DNA from: Limnochordia bacterium
Lineage (GTDB): Bacteria; Bacillota; Limnochordia; DTU080
Length of the DNA stretch: 64,000 nucleotides
Direction of reading: 5' to 3'
Assembly: GCA_050951545.1 (NCBI GenBank)
Contig: JBMNJG010000003.1
Location: 160,001 to 224,000, forward strand
Position numbers and translations under genes: made by a program. Positions 28,204 through 38,338 of the stretch are shown piece by piece. Position 1 is the stretch's first letter. Each line of letters opens with the position of its first letter. The notes under the pieces are model-generated. The model was not told the origin of the DNA and ran no database searches. It saw nothing but the letters and a program-made list of their open reading frames with translations.

Positions 28204-28592
28204 GGCATGAGGCCCACCAGCGCGTCCATGATACTGGCAACCAACGGCACCGCCAGGAACATGATTAACACCTTGCCTGCCATCTCTACCACTGTTGCGG
28301 CGGTCTCCTCCTTAGCATCTTTGGCCAGCTGGGCACCAAGGGCTGCCACATACGCTGTACCCACGGCTTTGAGTACCACGGCCATGTAGATGCTCCTGAT
28401 TTGGGCTCGTTTGCCTAGATCTGCAAATACTCGAATCACCTGTTGTAGAGACGGAAGGATAAGAAAAAGAAGCATCACCATGAAACCGATGGCTAGTTGA
28501 GAGGCTAAGGCTGTCTGCGATGCTGAGCGTAGATAGGTGAGCAGCACAGTCATCACAATAGCCATAGCGACAATCCGGGTGATCTCTTGCAT
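28200..28592 (-). CDS. spoIIIAD: Stage III sporulation protein AD
   Basis: LKAVGTAYVA.LGAQLAKDA.E...A..VE.AGK. Confidence 0.92.
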   Translation of the reverse strand: MQEITRIVAMAIVMTVLLTYLRSASQTALASQLAIGFMVMLLFLILPSLQQVIRVFADLGKRAQIRSIYMAVVLKAVGTAYVAALGAQLAKDAKEETAATVVEMAGKVLIMFLAVPLVASIMDALVGLMP

Positions 28593-28619
28593 GGCTAAGC
28601 CACCCCTCCTGCTCCCTCA

Positions 28620-28814
28620 TCACCAGCGAAAGACAGTCTCCACGTCTGCAAAAAGCCGCGATATCATCTGTACAAGCCAAAGCAACACAATGATTACACC
28701 TGCTAGCGAGAGCATCTGCGCCTGCTCTTGCCTTCCCGCCTGTGTCAAGAAAATATGGAGAATCGCTACGATAATGCCCAAGCCAGCGATTTTGTAGATG
28801 GCTGTAATATCCAC
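28620..28814 (-). CDS. spoIIIAC: Stage III sporulation protein AC
   Basis: MDI..IYKIAG.GI.VA.L...L.QAGR.EQAQ...LAG. Confidence 0.94.
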   Translation of the reverse strand: MDITAIYKIAGLGIIVAILHIFLTQAGRQEQAQMLSLAGVIIVLLWLVQMISRLFADVETVFRW

Positions 28815-28835
28815 GGCAGCTCGCCCCTCCGCCTT

Positions 28836-29342
28836 TCAGTAGAGTAGAAGCACAAGAAGCAGGCCACTGCTAACCCCCAAATAGCGCCACAAGCGGCAAG
28901 CATTCGCAACTCCCTCGTGTAGAGCTTGTCGCTCTTCCTCGAGAAGGCTCTGGGCCAGGCGAAGATGCCGAACGTGATCCTCTGCACGCCACGGGCCCCA
29001 GGCAGCGGCGACACCCTCGAGTATGTCCGCTTGACGGGCTGGTAGCTGCCGTCCGCTGCCCCACGACGCGCAAGCAGATGACCAGGCTTCGCGCGCCCTC
29101 ATACCCTCACGCAAGGCCTCCGCTGCCAGCGTAAAAAGATCGGAGGTCTCGGATGCCGAAGCTGCCGCCTTCTCGAAAGCCTCCTCCAGATCAGAGGATA
29201 GGAAGGCAATCTCTGCTTCTAGAACATTGAGAGCTCTGAGCAAAGCCTCGACCGTCGCCAGATTACGCTTCTCCTTCTGTGCTGCTCGCTCTCCCAGCAG
29301 CGTCGTTGCGGTTACAATGCATCCTGCCCCCACGGCCTTCAC
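28836..29342 (-). CDS. spoIIIAB: Stage III sporulation protein AB
   Basis: K.VGA..I, LEAEI.F, LWRYLGV..GLLLVLLLY; operon position. Confidence 0.88.
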   Translation of the reverse strand: MKAVGAGCIVTATTLLGERAAQKEKRNLATVEALLRALNVLEAEIAFLSSDLEEAFEKAAASASETSDLFTLAAEALREGMRAREAWSSACASWGSGRQLPARQADILEGVAAAWGPWRAEDHVRHLRLAQSLLEEERQALHEGVANACRLWRYLGVSSGLLLVLLLY

Positions 29343-29348
29343 CGCATC

Positions 29349-30332
29349 TCACATCCCCACTACTTTCGCTCGCCCGAACTCACCGCTCCCGCTCAGACGC
29401 AAATTGGCGATCTGCTCTACGGTGCCAGGCCCTTGCCTGCGACTTAACACGACGAGCCGTTCGAAAGCTCCTCGGCGAACCAGCCGAGCAAGACCAGGCC
29501 GCCGCTCGACGTCCTCCAGTGAAGTGCCGTGCGCGGTAGCCAGCAAGGTAACTCCGCTAAACAGGGCCTCCTCCAGAGCCGCTGCGTCAGCATCACTGCC
29601 GACCTCGTCGCTCACAATCACCTCTGGTGACATAGAACGCAGCAGGAGCATGATTCCCTCGGCCTTTGGGCAGCCGTCCAACACGTCTGTTCGGGGCCCC
29701 AGATCCAACTGAGGTACACCACGCCAACAGGCGGCCAACTCAGAGCGTTCATCAGCCACCGCCACACGCAGTCCTGGGAGTCCTATGGCAGGAACACCAC
29801 TTGACACCTGACGAGTCACGTCACGTAACAAGGTGGTCTTCCCACAACCAGGTGCCGAAACAACTAGCGTGTGAAGTAGGCGATTCCCACGTACTAGTGC
29901 TGGCAGAACCCTATCTGCCGCCCCCACCACCGCGCGGGCCAGACGTACGTTGCAGCTGGCGATATGTTTCATGGTGCGCAGACGCCCATCTTGCAGCACA
30001 GCCTGTCCCACCAATCCGACCCGGTGTCCCCCTGGCAGCGTGATAAAGCCAGCCCGCACATCATCCTCCATTGCGTACAAAGAGGCTCTGCTAATCGCCT
30101 CGATAAACTCTGTGGCCTGCTGCTGGTGCCAGATCAGTGCCTCCTCGGCCGAAGCGAATCGGCCGTCGCTCGTCAGAAAATAATCCCCATCGCTCGAAAC
30201 CACCATCACTGGCCTCTCACAGCGGAGCCGGATCTCTTCAAGTTGCACGCGCGTGTGCCTTGGCAGCTTGCCCAAGGCATGACGGAGTGTAGGGGGAAGG
30301 TAGCCTAGCACGTCATCAAGCGCACAACTCAC
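29349..30332 (-). CDS. spoIIIAA: Stage III sporulation protein AA (ATPase)
   Basis: LEEIRLR, GFITLPGGHRVG, PGCGKTTLLRD, DERSE, RSMSPEVIVSDE. Start moved to GTG 30332 after GAGGTG. Confidence 0.96.
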   Translation of the reverse strand: MSCALDDVLGYLPPTLRHALGKLPRHTRVQLEEIRLRCERPVMVVSSDGDYFLTSDGRFASAEEALIWHQQQATEFIEAISRASLYAMEDDVRAGFITLPGGHRVGLVGQAVLQDGRLRTMKHIASCNVRLARAVVGAADRVLPALVRGNRLLHTLVVSAPGCGKTTLLRDVTRQVSSGVPAIGLPGLRVAVADERSELAACWRGVPQLDLGPRTDVLDGCPKAEGIMLLLRSMSPEVIVSDEVGSDADAAALEEALFSGVTLLATAHGTSLEDVERRPGLARLVRRGAFERLVVLSRRQGPGTVEQIANLRLSGSGEFGRAKVVGM

Positions 30333-30349
30333 GCCGCTCACCTCTGTAC

Positions 30350-30380
30350 AACCTATGCCGCCTCGCATGTAGAAAAGAAC
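30350..30380 (-). promoter_or_regulatory. Putative SigE promoter of the spoIIIA operon
   Basis: -10 CATAGGTT (CATAnnnT) just upstream of the RBS; the -35 is only loosely defined. spoIIIA is SigE-dependent in B. subtilis. Confidence 0.5.
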
Positions 30381-30415
30381 AAAAAAGGGACCGGCCCCCT
30401 AAGGGAAACGATCCC
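30381..30415 (-). terminator. Rho-independent terminator after the efp operon
   Basis: GGGATCG...CGGTCCC stem followed by TTTTTT on the minus strand. Confidence 0.75.
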
Positions 30416-30440
30416 CACCATGTGTGATTAGTGTTCTATA

Positions 30441-30905
30441 CTAGATGTCTGTTTCAGACGAATCCTCTTCGGATTCCTCTAAGGTCGCACCGTTGGTGTG
30501 CGCCCGTCCCGCACTCTCTCCAGTTGCATAGACCACCGCCCCGCACTCGGGGCAGGTGACCTCCACATCCGAATCGTAGAGGAAATCCTCTTCAAAGAAG
30601 ACCTCCTCACCACATTCAGGACAGACCATCTCCACAACATCGCCATCAAGGTCATCGTCGTCGTCATCATCGTCATCGCCGCAGCCGAAAAGCTCATCCT
30701 CGAGATCCGCCAGATCGCAATCAATGGCTTCCATGTATTCTTCTGTCTCGGCCTGCCCCGATTCTAGCATCTCCACCTTGTCAGCAAGATCGCTACAGAG
30801 GGCCAAGAGGCTATCCCAGACAGATTTCACCTGGGCGTTCTGCCCACAAAAGTCTGATCCGTCGATAAGACCGCGCAAATATGCGATGCGCTCTTTTACC
30901 TTCAC
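30441..30905 (-). CDS. CD1247-like acidic zinc-ribbon protein
   Basis: KERIAYLRGLIDG N-terminus, poly-Asp tract, two CPEC motifs; adjacent to efp as in Clostridia. Confidence 0.8.
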   Translation of the reverse strand: MKVKERIAYLRGLIDGSDFCGQNAQVKSVWDSLLALCSDLADKVEMLESGQAETEEYMEAIDCDLADLEDELFGCGDDDDDDDDDLDGDVVEMVCPECGEEVFFEEDFLYDSDVEVTCPECGAVVYATGESAGRAHTNGATLEESEEDSSETDI

Positions 30906-30931
30906 TTCGCCACCCCCTGGAGACTTGTCTG

Positions 30932-31489
30932 CTAGACCCGCGATAGGTACTCGCCTGTACGCGTATCCACTCGTATCTTGTCGCCCTGGTCTACAAACAG
31001 AGGAACCTGAACGATCACACCTGTCGCCAATGTAGCCGGCTTCGTGCCCCCGGTTGCTGTATCGCCTTTGAAACCGGGTTCCGTATGTACGATCTCCATC
31101 TCCACAAATGTCGGAAGATCAACGCCTATTGGCTGCCCCTGGAAAAACTGAATCCCGATGACCATGTTGTCCATAAGCCACTTGGGAGCTTCATCGAGCT
31201 GATCCCGAGTAAGCACTAACTGCTCATAGCTTTCAGTATCCATGAAGGTGAACTCGTCGCCACTGGTATACAGATACTGCATCTGCTTAGTTTCGATATG
31301 CGCCCGATTTACCTTCTCACCCGCGCGGAAGGTCACCTCCCGTACCGCACCTGTTTTCACGTTCTTCAGCTTTGTGCGCACGAACGCCGCGCCCTTACCT
31401 GGCTTCACATGCAAAAACTCCACCACAGAAAGGACTTCCCCATCGATTTCGATGGTCAAACCCGTCCGTAGATCGTTGACGGAGATCAC
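30932..31489 (-). CDS. efp: Elongation factor P
   Basis: [35 protein letters not shown]. Confidence 0.98.
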   Translation of the reverse strand: MISVNDLRTGLTIEIDGEVLSVVEFLHVKPGKGAAFVRTKLKNVKTGAVREVTFRAGEKVNRAHIETKQMQYLYTSGDEFTFMDTESYEQLVLTRDQLDEAPKWLMDNMVIGIQFFQGQPIGVDLPTFVEMEIVHTEPGFKGDTATGGTKPATLATGVIVQVPLFVDQGDKIRVDTRTGEYLSRV

Positions 31490-31548
31490 ACCGCCACCCC
31501 CTGCTTCTTCTGATAGGCTTACCCGCCGAGAGCATAGACATACGACTG

Positions 31549-32619
31549 CTACAAGATCAGCAGTTCCTTTGTGGCCTTGGTGAGCACTTGAGGGGCCTCA
31601 GCTGTGACACAGATGAGATCCTCGATGCGTACCCCTCCCCATCCCGGCAGGTAGATACCGGGCTCCACACTGCAGACCATACCCTCTGCCAAAGCACCCT
31701 CTCCGAGCCGTGACAGGCGCGGGTACCTCTCGTGAATTTCGAGACCCACACCATGCCCCAAACCGTGACCGAAATACTCGCCATATCCACTGGCAGCGAT
31801 TACTCCACGGGCAATACCATCCACCTGCTGGCCCGTTTTGCCAGATACTGCTGCGGCGATCCCCGCCTTTTGCGCTTGCAGCACAATATCGTAGATCGTC
31901 CGCTGCTTGGCATCGACTGTGCCGACTCCGACCGTACGCGTGATGTCCGAGTGGTACCCCTGCCATACCGCACCGAAATCAAGAGTTACCAATTCCCCGC
32001 GCTGCAGGAGCTTGTCGGTTGGCGTGCCATGGGGCAGAGCGCCTCTAGGCCCTGAGACCACTATGGTATCAAAAGCTAAGCGTTCTGCACCAGCCTCTCG
32101 CAACAGGGTCTCCAGCTTTAGCGCCAGCTGACGCTCGCTGATGCCTGGACGAATATGGGGCAAAAGAGCCTCAAAAGCCTCGTCGGCTATGTCAACAGCC
32201 TTGACGAGCAGCGCAAGCTCGTGAGCGCTCTTAATACCCCTGAGCTCCTCAACCAAGCCATCAACCGCTACCCAGTCACAACCTGGGACCCGAGACTGCA
32301 ACTTCTGCCAGCTCTTATGTACCACGTGCTCGGTCTCAAACCCTGCTCGCTCAGCCCCTATGTTGCTGAGCACTTCGGCCAGAGCCGGATACAGCTCTAC
32401 ATACTCGGCCTGCTCAAACATAGGAGCCTCGTCTTTCGCCTGGGTCACGTATCGCGAATCGACGAGAAGAAAAGCTCGTCTTTTCCCCACGACGACGCTG
32501 CCCGCTGACCCGGAGAAACCAGTGAGCCAGCGGCGGTTGGCGGGCGAGCCAATGAGCAGTGCATCTAGCTCTGCACTCGCCATCTTGGCCCGCACCTGCT
32601 CCAATCTTTGCGCAATCAC
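31549..32619 (-). CDS. Xaa-Pro peptidase (M24B, YqhT/PepQ-like)
   Basis: [54 protein letters not shown]. Confidence 0.94.
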   Translation of the reverse strand: MIAQRLEQVRAKMASAELDALLIGSPANRRWLTGFSGSAGSVVVGKRRAFLLVDSRYVTQAKDEAPMFEQAEYVELYPALAEVLSNIGAERAGFETEHVVHKSWQKLQSRVPGCDWVAVDGLVEELRGIKSAHELALLVKAVDIADEAFEALLPHIRPGISERQLALKLETLLREAGAERLAFDTIVVSGPRGALPHGTPTDKLLQRGELVTLDFGAVWQGYHSDITRTVGVGTVDAKQRTIYDIVLQAQKAGIAAAVSGKTGQQVDGIARGVIAASGYGEYFGHGLGHGVGLEIHERYPRLSRLGEGALAEGMVCSVEPGIYLPGWGGVRIEDLICVTAEAPQVLTKATKELLIL

Positions 32620-32629
32620 TCGACACCTC

Positions 32630-33076
32630 CTACTCCGAACCTGCCTGTCTTTTCCTTTCAACCAAAGCCTGAAGGGCTAAGCTATAGCCTAGCGGCCCCA
32701 GCCCAACGACCTGCGCCACACATACTGGCGCGGTAACTGAGACATGGCGGAAGGCCTCCCTGGCGTGAATGTTGGAGAGATGCACCTCAATCGCTGGCAC
32801 ACACACTGCGGCCAAGGCATCGCGGATAGCAATACTGGTGTGTGTCAAAGCCCCAGGGTTGATCACAATGCCACTGGCCCACTCGGCCGCTCCCTGGATG
32901 GCATCGATGAGCACACCTTCGTGGTTGCTTTGTTGGACGCGTACCTCCACACCCAACTCGTCTGCCTTGCGAAGCAGAAGCTTGTTCACATCGTCAAGTG
33001 TATACGTGCCATAGATATTCACTTCGCGCCTACCCAGTAGATTGAGATTGGGACCATGAAGCACTAGAAACTCCAA
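32630..33076 (-). CDS. aroQ: Type II 3-dehydroquinate dehydratase
   Basis: [11 protein letters not shown]...[31 protein letters not shown]. Confidence 0.97.
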   Translation of the reverse strand: MEFLVLHGPNLNLLGRREVNIYGTYTLDDVNKLLLRKADELGVEVRVQQSNHEGVLIDAIQGAAEWASGIVINPGALTHTSIAIRDALAAVCVPAIEVHLSNIHAREAFRHVSVTAPVCVAQVVGLGPLGYSLALQALVERKRQAGSE

Positions 33077-33094
33077 GCTGTCACTTCCTTTTCC

Positions 33095-34714
33095 TCAGAG
33101 CTTCTGCTGCCACTGTAGTGCCTCGCGCAACTGCTGGCGGGTCACCGGGACACCAGCTTCCGCAGAGCCGAGACGCGGGCTCAACACCATACGCAACTGC
33201 TGGGCCCGTACCTTCTTATCACGCTCGACTGCCGCCAACAACTCGTCAATGCTAACGCGCGGAGCGCTGACAGGCAATCCAGCCCGACGTAACACGGCCA
33301 GCAAGCGATCAAGATCTGCAGCAGACCATCCTCCTGCAAGGCAAGAGAGACGGCCAGCCGTCACCATGCCGACAGCCACTGCTGCGCCATGTGTGTAGGT
33401 TCTATACGCAGTGACAGTCTCCAGAGCATGAGCCACTGTATGACCAAAGTTGAGCACCTCGCGCTTCCCGGTCTCTTTTTCATCGATTCCAACGACGGCC
33501 CCCTTGATCACGCATGAGCAATAAACACAGTGGCCGAGCACTTCCGGATCTCGAGTGAGAATATCCGGAAGGTGCTCCTCGGTAAACCGTAACAAACTTT
33601 CATCGGCCATCACGCCGTGCTTGATCACTTCGGCCAAACCAGATAACAGCTCCCGCTGAGGAAGGCTGCAGAGCACCGTCGTATCTGCGATCACCGCTTG
33701 TGGCTGATAGAAGGCCCCTACCAGATTCTTGCCCTGTCTGAGGTTGACGGCGACCTTTCCACCCACACTGGCATCCACTTGAGCCAAAAGCGTCGTAGGG
33801 ATCTGCACCAAAGGGACGCCTCGCATATATGTGGCAGCCACTAGGCCCGCGACGTCACCCGTCACCCCGCCGCCTAAGGCGACGACGAGGCCATCACGCG
33901 AAAGGCCTGCTCGCACGCATGCCTCATAGAGCGACTCCAGAGTCTGAAGTGTCTTGTGCTCCTCGCCCGCAGGAAAGACCACTCGCTCAACGTCCCACCC
34001 GCCCTGGCCGAGGGAAGCGAGCACGCGTCCGCTGTAGAGGGGAGCGACGTTGCTGTCGGTGATCAGCAAAACCCGCGCTGGCGAGCTCGTAACGAACTCA
34101 TGGCAGCGCTGAAGTAGGTTTGATCCCACGTGCACGGCATAGCTTTGATTGCCACATCGGACGGGAACACTCCGCACCGCTACCCCTCCCTGACATGCTA
34201 GCTCCCAGTAATGTTGGATAGTCTCTGCAATGCTTTCTGCGGGTGCATCTGCCCCCACCATAAGGTGGGCCTCAGCATACTGCTCCACACGAGCAGCATA
34301 AAGCTTCTTAAGGCCACTTTGGGCTGACCTATCCAGCAGTGGCCTGTCTCCTTGACGTCTGGCCCTGACCAACAGCATATCCACGGGACCTGTCAACCAC
34401 ACGACCAGATTGCCCTGCAGAAGGCTGCACAGAGATTCTGCATTAGCCAGCGCTCCTCCACCCGTAGCGATCACTTGGCCGCTCGCCCGTGCAGCATGCT
34501 GCACCACCGTCGCCTCCACACGACGGAAAAAGGGCTCCCCGAATTCGGCGAAGATTTGCGGAATGCCTAACCCTGTTCGCTCCACGATCTGGGCATCTGT
34601 ATCGCACAGGGACATGCCCAAAGCGTTGGCCAACAGACGACCGACAGTGCTTTTGCCGGCACCCATAAAGCCTACCAGAACGATATTACGAGGACCCTGA
34701 TCATGCCTAGGCAT
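33095..34714 (-). CDS. aroKB: Bifunctional shikimate kinase / 3-dehydroquinate synthase (AroK-AroB fusion)
   Basis: N-terminal [20 protein letters not shown]; C-terminal [40 protein letters not shown]. Start moved to ATG 34714. Confidence 0.93.
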   Translation of the reverse strand: MPRHDQGPRNIVLVGFMGAGKSTVGRLLANALGMSLCDTDAQIVERTGLGIPQIFAEFGEPFFRRVEATVVQHAARASGQVIATGGGALANAESLCSLLQGNLVVWLTGPVDMLLVRARRQGDRPLLDRSAQSGLKKLYAARVEQYAEAHLMVGADAPAESIAETIQHYWELACQGGVAVRSVPVRCGNQSYAVHVGSNLLQRCHEFVTSSPARVLLITDSNVAPLYSGRVLASLGQGGWDVERVVFPAGEEHKTLQTLESLYEACVRAGLSRDGLVVALGGGVTGDVAGLVAATYMRGVPLVQIPTTLLAQVDASVGGKVAVNLRQGKNLVGAFYQPQAVIADTTVLCSLPQRELLSGLAEVIKHGVMADESLLRFTEEHLPDILTRDPEVLGHCVYCSCVIKGAVVGIDEKETGKREVLNFGHTVAHALETVTAYRTYTHGAAVAVGMVTAGRLSCLAGGWSAADLDRLLAVLRRAGLPVSAPRVSIDELLAAVERDKKVRAQQLRMVLSPRLGSAEAGVPVTRQQLREALQWQQKL

Positions 34715-35864
34715 GACGCAGTGCATCCAGATACCCCTGCAAGTTACGACACACCTCACCGACGCTGTCGCCACCGAATTTCTCCAAAAGAGCCCGCCCC
34801 ACCTCGAAGGCGACAACCGCCTCACCTACGACAGCCGCGGCAGGGACGGCACAAGTGTCAGAGCGCTCCACAGCAGCAAGCGCCTCCTCCTTGGTGTCAA
34901 TATCCACGCTAGGCAACGGTTGATACAGGGTGCCTATCGGTTTCATTGCCGCCCGCAGTATCAGAGCTTCACCATTGCTCATGCCGCCTTCCAGGCCTCC
35001 AGCGTGGTTCGAGAGACGAATGTAGCGCCCCGCTTCATAGGCGATGGGGTCATGTACCAAAGAGCCCGGCTGCCGTGCAGAGGCAAAACCCAGACCAATC
35101 TCTACACCCTTGATCGCCTGCACGCTCATCAGAGCTCTCGCCAACCGTCCGTCCAGGCGCTCGTCCCACTGAGCATAGCTGCCGAGGCCGGGAGGCAATC
35201 CCTCCACGATGACCTCGAAAACACCACCTAGAGTATCTCCGGCTTCTTTGGCAGCATCAATGGCGGCGCGCATAGCTGCCGCTGCTTCTTGGTCAGCGCA
35301 AGCCACATCGTTGGCCTCAGCGATCACTGCTATCTGCTCAGGAGGCAGCGGCGGCACAGCAGCACGGACATCGCCGATGCTCAGTACGTGACTGTAGATC
35401 ACCACGCCCGTCTCGCGTAGCAGGCAACGGGCAACAGCTCCAGCAGCGACCCTGGCTGCAGTCTCTCGTGCACTTGCCCGCTCCAAGACATTGCGGATAT
35501 CGCGATGCCCGTACTTGAGAAGACCCGCAAGATCCGCATGCCCGGGTCGCGGACACGTGACTCGCCTATGGGAAGCTGCATGGCCCGGACCAGGAGCCAT
35601 GCACTCCTGCCAGTTGGTCCAATCCCTATTTTCAATCTGAAGGGCGATCGGACTACCTAGTGTACGGCCACCCCGGACACCCGACAAGATCTGCACACGG
35701 TCATGCTCAATGCGCATGCGTCCACCACGACCATAGCCACGCTGACGTCTGCTCAACTGATGATCGATATCTGCAGCCAGCAGTTCCACACATGCTGGCA
35801 TGCCTGTGATAATCGCCACCAGCGCAGAGCCATGCGATTCGCCAGCAGTCACATACCGCAGCAT
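34707..35864 (-). CDS. aroC: Chorismate synthase
   Basis: [49 protein letters not shown]. Confidence 0.97.
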   Translation of the reverse strand: MLRYVTAGESHGSALVAIITGMPACVELLAADIDHQLSRRQRGYGRGGRMRIEHDRVQILSGVRGGRTLGSPIALQIENRDWTNWQECMAPGPGHAASHRRVTCPRPGHADLAGLLKYGHRDIRNVLERASARETAARVAAGAVARCLLRETGVVIYSHVLSIGDVRAAVPPLPPEQIAVIAEANDVACADQEAAAAMRAAIDAAKEAGDTLGGVFEVIVEGLPPGLGSYAQWDERLDGRLARALMSVQAIKGVEIGLGFASARQPGSLVHDPIAYEAGRYIRLSNHAGGLEGGMSNGEALILRAAMKPIGTLYQPLPSVDIDTKEEALAAVERSDTCAVPAAAVVGEAVVAFEVGRALLEKFGGDSVGEVCRNLQGYLDALRHA

Positions 35865-35913
35865 CCCGCCACCCCCCCACAAGAAGCTGAGATCTTAGAA
35901 TGTCATTACCCTG

Positions 35914-36417
35914 TCACTTACTGGGGACCAGCTGCGGACGATGAGACACATGAATGCCAGCAGGTATCACTACTCGAAAAACGACGGCCGCCTTACGCAC
36001 ACTGAGCCAGCCCAGGCCATGAAAGACGAGATCCTGAGCGGGAGAGATCTCCAGCTCTACCTCTTCCCAACCCCGTTCCTCCAAGCGCTGCAGGCACTCG
36101 GAGCACACACAATAATCCCAGCTGTCTGAGTCGGGCTCTAGGAAGCGATCAATCACTGACTCCGAGCTGCGCTGAACAGGAACACTCGGGGCCATATAGC
36201 TCAACACCCAAGCGTTATGGCCTGGCGAGTGGGCCTCGCGCACGACCACCGCAGCCATGCCCCCAAAGATCAGGGCTTGTCTGCGTCTCAACCTCAGCCG
36301 TCTTGCCCGGAGAGGCTTGGTTGGTGCTACCTTCGCAGCGCACTCAGTACACAGCCGTTCTAAGATGCGCCCCCGATTTGGCACACTAGCCACTTTAGTC
36401 AGCTTAATATCAGACAC
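35914..36417 (-). CDS. YqeH-like C-terminal domain (split or frameshifted from the GTPase half)
   Basis: QALIFGGMA, DLVFHGLGWLSV, IPAGIHVSHRPQL resemble the YqeH/NOA1 C-terminal beta domain; two CxxC motifs. A possible GTG start at 36417 overlaps the upstream stop. Confidence 0.65.
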   Translation of the reverse strand: MSDIKLTKVASVPNRGRILERLCTECAAKVAPTKPLRARRLRLRRRQALIFGGMAAVVVREAHSPGHNAWVLSYMAPSVPVQRSSESVIDRFLEPDSDSWDYCVCSECLQRLEERGWEEVELEISPAQDLVFHGLGWLSVRKAAVVFRVVIPAGIHVSHRPQLVPSK

Positions 36418-36904
36418 CTTGGGCAACCGCCTTTTTTCGTCTTTTGGCCTTGCTACGTCGGCGTACCCGTTTTTTGGGTTTCGCCTGCTGCTCGCCCATG
36501 GACGATAACACCTGCAACAGCGTGCTCTTGCCCACCCGGTCTGCGCCCACTATCGCCAAGGTGGCTGGCGTGTTAAGTTCTCGCCTGATCCCTTCGCAGA
36601 GAGCCGTCAGACCAGTACTCTCCAGGGCACTGATGACAAACGCCCCAGCGTGAACGATATGCTCCGTTTCTAGCCTGTCGACCAACCACGCCAGCACGTC
36701 AGCATGGGCTGTCCTCGATGGAAGAAGGTCGGCCTTGTTTGCCACAACCATCACACGAGGCCCGCACTGCAAGGCCAATCGCCTGCTAAACGTCCCTTCA
36801 AAATCCACAATATCTGTCACTAATAAGACTAAATCGGCTTGCGGCAGCTGCTGAATAGACAGTTCCTCCCTTCTATCCCCCCGCAGCTGATGAACCTCCT
36901 CCAT
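36410..36904 (-). CDS. YqeH-like circularly permuted GTPase N-half (degenerate)
   Basis: VTDIVDFEGTF, G4 NKADLLP, G5 ISA, G1 GADRVGKSTLL. Sits directly after yqeG; ATG 36904 follows AAAGGGG. Confidence 0.72.
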   Translation of the reverse strand: MEEVHQLRGDRREELSIQQLPQADLVLLVTDIVDFEGTFSRRLALQCGPRVMVVANKADLLPSRTAHADVLAWLVDRLETEHIVHAGAFVISALESTGLTALCEGIRRELNTPATLAIVGADRVGKSTLLQVLSSMGEQQAKPKKRVRRRSKAKRRKKAVAQGV

Positions 36905-37421
36905 GGAGAAGACCCCTTTTTCTGAGGCAGGAAAGCACTCGCCTCTCCACACACCGCACCATCCGCGTCGTACGCAACTCATTCTTGCTTATTGGATTAA
37001 TCAAAATGGTGTGAATGTCCATTCGGTTGCCACCCAAAATGTCGGTGAAGATCTGATCACCAATCACCGCTGCCTCCCCGGGCGCCACGCCCAGCAAACG
37101 CAATGCTTCCCTAAAAGGGCGTTTTCGCGGCTTGATTGCCTTGGCAATGGCAGGAATGCCCAACATGCGCGCTACCGTACGAACACGCTCATTAAGACCG
37201 TTGGAGGCGATACACAGAGCGAATCCACGCTCACGAACTGCCGCCACCCATTCGCGGACTTGCGGCGACATCTCGGCGGCATCCCAACCCATGAGAGTGT
37301 TATCCAGATCGACAATAAGACCCCTGATTCCTCTGTCAGCCAGGTCATCAAGGTTGATGTCAAGTACAGACTTGGCCACCTGGTTGGGACAGAGTACCGT
37401 TAGCAACCGAAGCCTCCTCAT
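36873..37421 (-). CDS. yqeG: YqeG family HAD IIIA phosphatase
   Basis: DLDNTL, ASN, AIKP, IGDQIFTDILGGNR. Confidence 0.94.
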   Translation of the reverse strand: MRRLRLLTVLCPNQVAKSVLDINLDDLADRGIRGLIVDLDNTLMGWDAAEMSPQVREWVAAVRERGFALCIASNGLNERVRTVARMLGIPAIAKAIKPRKRPFREALRLLGVAPGEAAVIGDQIFTDILGGNRMDIHTILINPISKNELRTTRMVRCVERRVLSCLRKRGLLHGGGSSAAGG

Positions 37422-37472
37422 GTAAGGAGTGGAGCCAATGCGGGGTCACTCCCATACGCTAATACGCTCTTT

Positions 37473-37481
37473 ATTATAGCA
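37473..37481 (-). promoter_or_regulatory. Extended -10 SigA promoter element for the yqeG-aro-efp operon
   Basis: TGcTATAAT about 50 nt upstream of the yqeG start. Confidence 0.6.
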
Positions 37482-37515
37482 CAAAATGCGCATTCTCAGC
37501 GCATCCCCACGCGAA

Positions 37516-37548
37516 TCAGGCCGGTGCCCAGTCCCGGCACCGGCCTGA
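37516..37548 (-). terminator. Inverted repeat after sigK (putative terminator)
   Basis: TCAGGCCGGTGCC-7 nt-GGCACCGGCCTGA, a perfect 13-bp stem with only TT following it. Confidence 0.6.
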
Positions 37549-37565
37549 GAACCCACGTATGAGGT

Positions 37566-38270
37566 CTAGCCCTCAGTCCCATCAGGTAGCAGTGATTGCT
37601 GCAATTTGCTGATCGCCCGCTTCTCAATACGCGACACATACGAACGAGAGATACCCAGAAATCGTGACACTTCTCTTTGGGTCTTGCGCACGCCATCAAC
37701 CAAACCATAGCGCAGCTCTAAGACTCGCTTCTCGCGTCGACTCAAATGACACAAACTGGCATACATCCGCTCCTGATCTACCTTGTGCTCTACGCACTCT
37801 GCCACATCACCATCACTAGCCAACACATCGATGAGAGTGATCTCATTGCCTTCTTTGTCAGCGCCAATAGGATCGTGCAGCATGACCTCATTGCGCAGCC
37901 TCTTGGTCGACCGCAGATACATGAGAATCTCGTTCTCGATACATCGAGCTGCGTAGGTGGCCAGTCGGGTCTGCTTGTGCCTGTCAAAGGTGTTGATCGC
38001 CTTTACTAAGCCTATCGTGCCGATTGAGATCAGGTCGTCCGTATCCTCACCAGTATTGTCGAACTTCTTGACGATATGGGCCACCAACCTGAGGTTGCGT
38101 TCTATCAAGACATTGCGCGCTGTGCGATCACCCCCGGCAAAGGCCTCGAGATAAGCAGCCTCCTCTTCCGGCTTGAGCGGACTCGGGAATACATTGTTGG
38201 CAACGTAGGAAACAAGAAAGGTAAGACCTTGTAGCAAGACGGTGGCCATAGCGGCAAGCAGAACGGCCAA
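37566..38270 (-). CDS. sigK: Pro-sigma K sporulation sigma factor (uninterrupted)
   Basis: Pro-sequence ...[59 protein letters not shown] 38270 follows GGAGGTG. Confidence 0.95.
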   Translation of the reverse strand: MAVLLAAMATVLLQGLTFLVSYVANNVFPSPLKPEEEAAYLEAFAGGDRTARNVLIERNLRLVAHIVKKFDNTGEDTDDLISIGTIGLVKAINTFDRHKQTRLATYAARCIENEILMYLRSTKRLRNEVMLHDPIGADKEGNEITLIDVLASDGDVAECVEHKVDQERMYASLCHLSRREKRVLELRYGLVDGVRKTQREVSRFLGISRSYVSRIEKRAISKLQQSLLPDGTEG

Positions 38271-38289
38271 TAGCTGCACCTCCACTCTC

Positions 38290-38317
38290 AGAGTATGAGA
38301 GTCGTGTCAGGAAGGTG
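38290..38317 (-). promoter_or_regulatory. SigK/SigE-type promoter of sigK
   Basis: CACC-16 bp-CATACTCT matches the SigK consensus mACm-16-CATAnnnT. Confidence 0.6.
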
Positions 38318-38338
38318 CACGTCCCTAGGGCAGAAATA

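Noticed and set aside
30645-30680. GAC/GAT trinucleotide run as a tandem repeat or phase-variable tract
   Set aside because: It consists of mixed synonymous Asp codons, so it is protein-level low complexity rather than a perfect DNA repeat.
36431-36437. In-frame A_AAA_AAG slippery heptamer near the yqeH split as a programmed -1 frameshift
   Set aside because: A -1 shift reaches a stop about 11 codons later. The C-terminal domain is in the +1 frame, so -1 slippage would not fuse the halves.
36905-36982. Cys-containing N-terminal extension of the YqeH ORF as its zinc finger
   Set aside because: It has no CxxC pairs, lies wholly inside yqeG, and the RBS supports ATG 36904.
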